DNA from: Patescibacteria group bacterium
Lineage (GTDB): Bacteria; Patescibacteriota; Minisyncoccia; Phycocordibacterales; DATDWN01
Direction: 5' to 3'
NCBI GenBank assembly: GCA_040384485.1
Contig: JAZKJH010000004.1
Span: forward strand, 5,928-69,927
DNA length: 64,000 nucleotides
The stretch's first letter is position 1; every line of letters starts with the position of its first letter. Under the pieces are notes generated by a model. It made no database searches. It was not told the DNA's origin and worked only from the letters and a program-made list of their open reading frames with translations. Of the stretch, positions 59,216 to 64,000 are shown piece by piece. The translations under genes were made by a program, and so were the position numbers.

Positions 59216-59851
59216 ATGAAAAAAGTTGCAATAATTATTTTGGTTTTGGTGGTGGGATTTTTTGTTTATCAGAAAGTCACCAAAGAAAAAGAGCCTGTCA
59301 CTGTGAGCACAACCAAGACATACAACAGCTCTCAGGTTGGGTTGTCATTTGTATACCCAAACGTTCTTTCGGCAAGCACAACTGGCAAGGTTGTAACCCT
59401 GCACCATCAAATCCCTTACAAAAACAGCGGAGACTGCGATATGGTTGGTGAGGAAATAATATACGACAACCTTACTGACTTCAAAGTGGACTTTGAAATC
59501 TCTAGCAAAGGACTCGTTGCCACAATGAAAGAAAGAAGCCCGTATATTCCGCAAGAGAACTTCGTAGGAGATGTTGTGGTTGAGTCCCCTGGATTCATAG
59601 ATGCATACAGTGTTGGTGAATTTTCTGGATATGCAATATACGAGGGTGCGGAAGGATGCGGTCGCACTACCTACTACTTCCCTATCGCTAATGATAAAAC
59701 CCTCTTTATAACTAAAATGTCTATCCAGGTCCTATCTGGAGTCATAAGTAAAGAAAAGGAAGCTGAGGTACTAAGAGTGCCGGGAGTTATAGCGAGAGAT
59801 GAATCAGATGCTATATTTCGCGATATCCTTTTGACCCTAGAAATTAAATAG
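59216..59851 (+). CDS. Secreted hypothetical protein (211 aa)
   Basis: N-terminal TM/signal MKKVAIIILVLVVGFFVY. No recognisable family. Confidence 0.45.
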   Translation: MKKVAIIILVLVVGFFVYQKVTKEKEPVTVSTTKTYNSSQVGLSFVYPNVLSASTTGKVVTLHHQIPYKNSGDCDMVGEEIIYDNLTDFKVDFEISSKGLVATMKERSPYIPQENFVGDVVVESPGFIDAYSVGEFSGYAIYEGAEGCGRTTYYFPIANDKTLFITKMSIQVLSGVISKEKEAEVLRVPGVIARDESDAIFRDILLTLEIK

Positions 59852-59929
59852 AAAACCTTTGCAAAATACCAGGAAATATGTTATATTTTCCCTTATATTC
59901 TAGTATATTACCAATTAAACCCATACCTT

Positions 59930-60439
59930 TTGTCAACGCATATAAGAATCAATAATCAAATACAGGCACCTGAACTCCGAGTTATTATGGAAAACGGAGA
60001 CAACCTAGGCGTTCTGTCTTTGAAGGATGCTATTGCTCAGGCAATGGAGGCCGGACTTGACCTGATAGAGATATCGCCCAAAGCCGTCCCCCCAGTTGCA
60101 AAAATAATGGATTATGGTAAATTTCAGTATACTGAAAACAAGAAGCTAAAGGTGGCTAAAACCAAGGCTCACACAGTAGAAGTCAAGAATATCCAGGTAA
60201 AAGTGGGCACCGGAGACCATGATTTGGAGCTCAAAGCCAAAAAAGCTTCCACTTGGCTAAAAGAAGGCCACCGCATCAAAATCGACCTTTTCCTTCCAGG
60301 TAGGACAAAATACATGGATAAAAAGTTTCTGAGAGAGAGAATGGACCGAGTCCTAACACTTATCACAGAGCAGTTCAAGATTGCCGATGAAGCCAAACAA
60401 AGCCCGAAAGGACTAAGTATAGTTATTGAGAAAGCATAA
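59930..60439 (+). CDS. infC: Translation initiation factor IF-3
   Basis: IRINNQI..ELRVI..NGDNLGVLSLKDAIAQAMEAGLDLIEIS...; conserved IF3 N and C domains. Uses a non-ATG start (TTG at 59930, or the nearby ATA/ATC), as is typical for infC. Confidence 0.8.
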   Translation: MSTHIRINNQIQAPELRVIMENGDNLGVLSLKDAIAQAMEAGLDLIEISPKAVPPVAKIMDYGKFQYTENKKLKVAKTKAHTVEVKNIQVKVGTGDHDLELKAKKASTWLKEGHRIKIDLFLPGRTKYMDKKFLRERMDRVLTLITEQFKIADEAKQSPKGLSIVIEKA

Positions 60440-60449
60440 AAAAATTAGC

Positions 60450-60635
60450 ATGAAAACAAACAAATCATTTAAAAAAAGGTTGAAAGTAAGTAAGAACGGT
60501 AAAGTATCTGCTCGAAAGACAGGTCAGAACCACTTCAACTCAAAAGAAAGCCGAAGAAGTCAGCTATCTAAAAAAGGTACTGTTAACTTCCCTATGAGTC
60601 TTAAAGACAAAGCTAGATTCCTAATCAACATATAA
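60450..60635 (+). CDS. rpmI: 50S ribosomal protein L35
   Basis: MKTNKSFKKRLKVSKNGKVSARKTGQNH.., in the infC-rpmI-rplT operon position. Confidence 0.75.
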   Translation: MKTNKSFKKRLKVSKNGKVSARKTGQNHFNSKESRRSQLSKKGTVNFPMSLKDKARFLINI

Positions 60636-60662
60636 TTTAATTACATTTAATAAGCAACTAAC

Positions 60663-61007
60663 ATGACAAGAGTAAAGAAAGCGGTAAACGCCCTGAAATC
60701 AAGAAAGAATATCCTACGAAGAACAAAAGGTTTTAGACACGGACGTTCAACAAAGGAAAGACAAGCTATGGAAGCGCTTCTTCACGCTGGAGCATATTCT
60801 TTTGCCCACAGAAAAGACAAGAAGGGTGATGCTCGAAGACTTTGGAATGTTAAAATCTCTTACTCATTGAAAGAGATGGGAACTTCATACAGTAAGTTCA
60901 TGGGAGCTTTGAAAAAGAAAAACATTGAACTAGACCGAAAAATCCTTTCAACCCTAGCTACAGAGAATCCAGAAGTTTTCAAAAAAATAGTAGAATCTGC
61001 AAAATAA
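60663..61007 (+). CDS. rplT: 50S ribosomal protein L20
   Basis: MTRVKKAVNALKSRKNILRRTKGFRHGRS..EALLHAGAYSFAHRKDKKGDARRLW. Confidence 0.9.
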   Translation: MTRVKKAVNALKSRKNILRRTKGFRHGRSTKERQAMEALLHAGAYSFAHRKDKKGDARRLWNVKISYSLKEMGTSYSKFMGALKKKNIELDRKILSTLATENPEVFKKIVESAK

Positions 61008-61036
61008 CAAAAAACCGGGATATCCCGGTTTTTTGT
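61008..61036. terminator. Bidirectional terminator (rplT and the beta-CASP gene)
   Basis: aaccgggatatcccggtt flanked by A- and T-runs. Confidence 0.65.
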
Positions 61037-61039
61037 TAT

Positions 61040-62413
61040 TTATAGTTCGTAAGGTACTCCCCGCTCTGGCACCACTGCCTCGACTCCAACTTCGTCTCGT
61101 ATTCTTTGTGACAGGAAAACTGCTGACTTCGGTTCACCTAAAACTACAAAAACTTTTTTCAAACTCTCGGCAGAGTTTCCCACCATATCTACTATGCCGT
61201 CAGAATCCTTATGCGAAGAGTAACCAGATATCATTTCTATTCTTGCCTTCACAGGTATTATGTTACCTTTTATTTCTACTTCTTTAGGTTTGTTTTGAAT
61301 GTCTCTGCCTAGTGTACCTAGTGCCTGATATCCCATAAGAAGGATTGTACTTTTAGGATCGGGTAAAAACTGCATCTCGTGCCACAAAACTCTTCCACCT
61401 GACGACATGCCAGAACCAGCTATGATTATTTTTGGGTTTGGAGTGTTAGCTATTTCTTGGGAATCTCGTCTACCGTGGGTTATTGTCAGTTTTGGAAATT
61501 CAAAAATATTGTCACCCCCTTTTATCTCTCCCCTAACTTCAGTATTAAAGTTTTTTGCATGTCTTGAATATATGTCGGTGACCTTTGAGCCAAGTGGTGA
61601 GTCCAAAAATACAGGAACTTTTGGTATTTTGTTCTCTTCTATTAGGTTGTTTAATTCATAAAGTATTACCTGAGTTCGCTCTAGTGAGAAAGCCGGGATA
61701 ATTACAGCTCCACCAGCTTGGATAGACTCTGTTACTATTTGTTTAAACCTCGCATCTCTCTCATCTTTATCCTCATGGTTTCTATCGCCATATACACTAT
61801 CGACTATCATATAGTCAGCCTCTGTGATTTTTTCGGTATCGTTTAACAAAGGCGCTGGTGAGTTTCCTGAGTCGCCCGTAAAGACTATTCTTTTGCCGTG
61901 TATCATAAACTCGTAGATAGAAGAACCAAGTATATGTCCGGCATCCTTCAAATAAACGCTTATTTTTTCATCTATTTTTGCCTCAGTGTGATATGGGATA
62001 GTCTTCCACAACTCAAAAGCTCTGTGATAGTCCTCAACCCCATACAGAGGTCTGTCCGGCATATCTGTCACATTCTCCCTAGCATTCATTTCCATCACCT
62101 TGAGAGCGTCCTGGAGCATAATATGTGCCAACTCCTTAGTCTCAGGAGTTGAGTAAATAACTCCAGAAAAGCCGTCTTTAACAAGCTTAGGTATTTTGCC
62201 AATATGGTCCATGTGGGCGTGAGTTACAAACAAATAGTGGATAGTTTTTGGATCATATTGAAAATCACTCTCGTTTTCTTCTTTTGAATTAGAAGTACCT
62301 TGAAGCAAACCGCAATCAACCAAAAGCTTTTTCTCCCCAACCTCGAGCAAGAAATTTGCCCCAGTTACAGTTCCTACCCCTCCCCAAAAAGTGACTTGAA
62401 TTTTTTCGCTCAT
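61040..62413 (-). CDS. MBL-fold beta-CASP ribonuclease (RNase J/CPSF-like)
   Basis: HAHMDHIG (motif 2), beta-lactamase motifs, and a C-terminal beta-CASP region. 457 aa. Confidence 0.65.
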   Translation of the reverse strand: MSEKIQVTFWGGVGTVTGANFLLEVGEKKLLVDCGLLQGTSNSKEENESDFQYDPKTIHYLFVTHAHMDHIGKIPKLVKDGFSGVIYSTPETKELAHIMLQDALKVMEMNARENVTDMPDRPLYGVEDYHRAFELWKTIPYHTEAKIDEKISVYLKDAGHILGSSIYEFMIHGKRIVFTGDSGNSPAPLLNDTEKITEADYMIVDSVYGDRNHEDKDERDARFKQIVTESIQAGGAVIIPAFSLERTQVILYELNNLIEENKIPKVPVFLDSPLGSKVTDIYSRHAKNFNTEVRGEIKGGDNIFEFPKLTITHGRRDSQEIANTPNPKIIIAGSGMSSGGRVLWHEMQFLPDPKSTILLMGYQALGTLGRDIQNKPKEVEIKGNIIPVKARIEMISGYSSHKDSDGIVDMVGNSAESLKKVFVVLGEPKSAVFLSQRIRDEVGVEAVVPERGVPYEL

Positions 62414-62823
62414 TGTTTTAAGTGTTTAGCATATAAAAAACCGACGGCTCCCCCCAACATATCTAGCAACAGGTCCGAAATTGTATCTCTGTAGTACAGA
62501 AACCCATCTGACAGGGATGTTATTTGAAAGTGTAACTCATACCATTCCCAGAAAATACCTACTAAGAGCGACGTAACTATAACCAAAGATAGAGTTTCCT
62601 TGTTATTGAAGCCTTTTTGAGTAAAATAATGCGCAAACAAGCACACAAAAAACGCCACCAATACTCCAGCCAGAAAGTGCATCAACATATCAAACCAAGA
62701 AATCGACCAGTAAAAATAAAACTTATTTGCAAAAAGATCCAGTACACCAATTAGAAAAGTTAGAAAAAGGGTGTGTTTAATAAGACTATGTGGCATTAAG
62801 TTTATTATACCAAACCCAAGCAA
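62410..62823 (-). CDS. Hypothetical membrane protein (137 aa)
   Basis: Four TM segments. Possibly VanZ-like. Confidence 0.4.
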   Translation of the reverse strand: MLGFGIINLMPHSLIKHTLFLTFLIGVLDLFANKFYFYWSISWFDMLMHFLAGVLVAFFVCLFAHYFTQKGFNNKETLSLVIVTSLLVGIFWEWYELHFQITSLSDGFLYYRDTISDLLLDMLGGAVGFLYAKHLKQ

Positions 62824-62824
62824 T

Positions 62825-62848
62825 TAAAAAACCCTGCCGAAGCAGAGT
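62825..62848 (-). terminator. Rho-independent terminator (3' of the ndk transcript)
   Basis: Minus-strand hairpin ctctgc-ttcg-gcagag, followed by GGTTTTTT. Confidence 0.45.
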
Positions 62849-63066
62849 CTCTTAGTGGAATTGCATTGGTATTTCCCTACTAAAAAAGTAAGGTGGGTGC
62901 CCGCACATGCAACTATCTGAATTTCGGTAAACCGAGACTCATCTGGCTACAAAAATATAAGGCTCCCAAAGAAATTATTAGGTAGAAAATACCTTCTGCA
63001 ACTCCTTTTTGATTATACTACCCTCTCGCACCAAAACAACTAGAAAACTTTTTGAGGTGTGTTATT

Positions 63067-63678
63067 CTATTCCAAAATACCGTCCAGATTCACGTCATAA
63101 AGCATTGCTTCTTGAATATGTCTGTAGTCTACAATCTCCTCAGGTGTAAACCAGATGGATACCTCGCGCTCGTATTCAGCTGGATCATCTGTACAATGCA
63201 CCAAGTTTCTTACTGCCCCCCTATCGTCAGTTTCAACTAGATGATAAGAATCGAGAGAATAATCTCCACGAATAGTACCTACATCAGATGTCATGGGCTC
63301 TGTTGCCCCAACTATCTTTTTAATAACTGAGACTGCTTGATTCCCCTCCCAAACCATACACATAACGGGACTAGCGACCATATACTTAACTGCCCCACCA
63401 ATTATATCTCTCCCGTATTCAATAGCTTCTTTTTCAATTGGAAGACCTTTGCCTTTTCGTTTCTCTACAATAGCTTCACCTTTGCTGGCAAACCAAGCCT
63501 CGTCTTTGTTGTAGTGTCGCCAACACTGCTCAGTAGTAGGAACCACAAACTTGGCCGCGACAAGTTTATAACCTATTCTTTCGAAGCGCTGAATTATCTC
63601 TCCAACCAAAGATCTCTGAACAGCGTCAGGCTTTATTATTACAAATGTTCTCTCTTTTTTGGGATGGTTCATAATCAA
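63067..63678 (-). CDS. ndk: Nucleoside-diphosphate kinase (extended, 203 aa)
   Basis: ERTFVIIKPDAVQRSLVGEIIQRFERIGYKLVAAKF ... NLVHCTDD (catalytic His) ... EREVSIWF. About 60 aa longer than canonical NDK because of internal insertions. Confidence 0.8.
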   Translation of the reverse strand: MIMNHPKKERTFVIIKPDAVQRSLVGEIIQRFERIGYKLVAAKFVVPTTEQCWRHYNKDEAWFASKGEAIVEKRKGKGLPIEKEAIEYGRDIIGGAVKYMVASPVMCMVWEGNQAVSVIKKIVGATEPMTSDVGTIRGDYSLDSYHLVETDDRGAVRNLVHCTDDPAEYEREVSIWFTPEEIVDYRHIQEAMLYDVNLDGILE

Positions 63679-63745
63679 TTAGGTTATCTGAATTTTTAAG
63701 TATATACGAAAATATAGCATAAATTCTATTTTTTATAAAAGTAAC

Positions 63746-64000
63746 TTACTCAAAAATTGAGAAAATAAAATCCAGACCCTTGATTGGAAGAGCTAACATT
63801 TTATTTACAAAACCTTGTTTCTTTTCAGCCTCGAAAACAACCTGCATGCTTTCTTTTTCTGCTTCCTCTTCCTCTACTACTATATTTGAAATACCCTCTC
63901 TGGCCTCACTTTTCTCTACAACTCGCAGTGTCGTAGGTGCGATAATTATAGGAGCCTCAACTGGCACCTCTGCGAATGCTTGAATTTTACTCTGTAATTT
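63746..64000 (-). CDS. Hypothetical protein, C-terminal fragment. The ORF is open to the window end
   Basis: The minus-strand frame has no stop between 63746 and the window end. Acidic C-terminal region (VVEEEEAEKES). Confidence 0.35.
   Translation of the reverse strand, partial: KLQSKIQAFAEVPVEAPIIIAPTTLRVVEKSEAREGISNIVVEEEEAEKESMQVVFEAEKKQGFVNKMLALPIKGLDFIFSIFE

Noticed and set aside
1-64000. CRISPR array, transposase, integrase, phage structural genes
   Set aside because: I scanned for regularly spaced direct repeats and for DDE/tyrosine-recombinase motifs. None was found, and no integrase flanks the ssrA island.

Overview
This 64-kb window appears to come from a low-GC, compact bacterial genome. 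Core genes are about 38-40% GC and the glycan locus about 30%. Most native genes lack Shine-Dalgarno sequences, and proteins such as ValS and SecA are short; I infer a Patescibacteria/CPR-like organism.

The window reads as follows:
- 1-2730: the 3' part of a very large secreted surface protein (minus strand) built from repeated Ig-like/DUF5011-type modules.
- 2.9-13.3 kb: housekeeping genes (valS, a PrsW-like protease, Hsp20, tRNA-Phe and tRNA-Arg, glutaredoxin-like, FtsB-like, MYG1, a BdbC/DsbB plus thioredoxin-like disulfide module, secA).
- 13.7-46.3 kb: a roughly 33-kb glycosylation supercluster, almost entirely on the minus strand. It contains an O-antigen-ligase/TPR protein, a Wzx flippase, GtrA, about eleven GT4 and three GT2 (polyprenol-phosphate sugar synthase-like) glycosyltransferases, five polytopic GT-C-like membrane proteins, five SAM methyltransferases (two with Zn-ribbons), AsnB, a GNAT, and an exostosin(GT47)-like protein.
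- 46.3-50.7 kb: a HerA/FtsK/TraD-superfamily ATPase with a Pro/Arg/Glu-rich repetitive tail, a secreted HExxH protein, and a GHL10-like protein.
- 50.7-55.7 kb: pyk, ftsH and smpB, plus several RNA genes. These are tRNA-Ile(UAU), a terminator-flanked GC-rich candidate RNase P RNA of about 365 nt, and a tmRNA immediately downstream of smpB.
- 55.76-58.5 kb: a GC-elevated (about 47%) block directly after ssrA. It carries strong canonical SD sequences and two unknown proteins (557 and 151 aa) but no integrase. This is the best candidate for a horizontally acquired, undescribed system.
- 9.86-10.78 kb: a second GC-elevated, SD-bearing islet pairing an XRE regulator with an unknown 200-aa protein.
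- 59.9-63.7 kb: infC-rpmI-rplT, a beta-CASP RNase and ndk.

No CRISPR array, transposase or integrase was seen.
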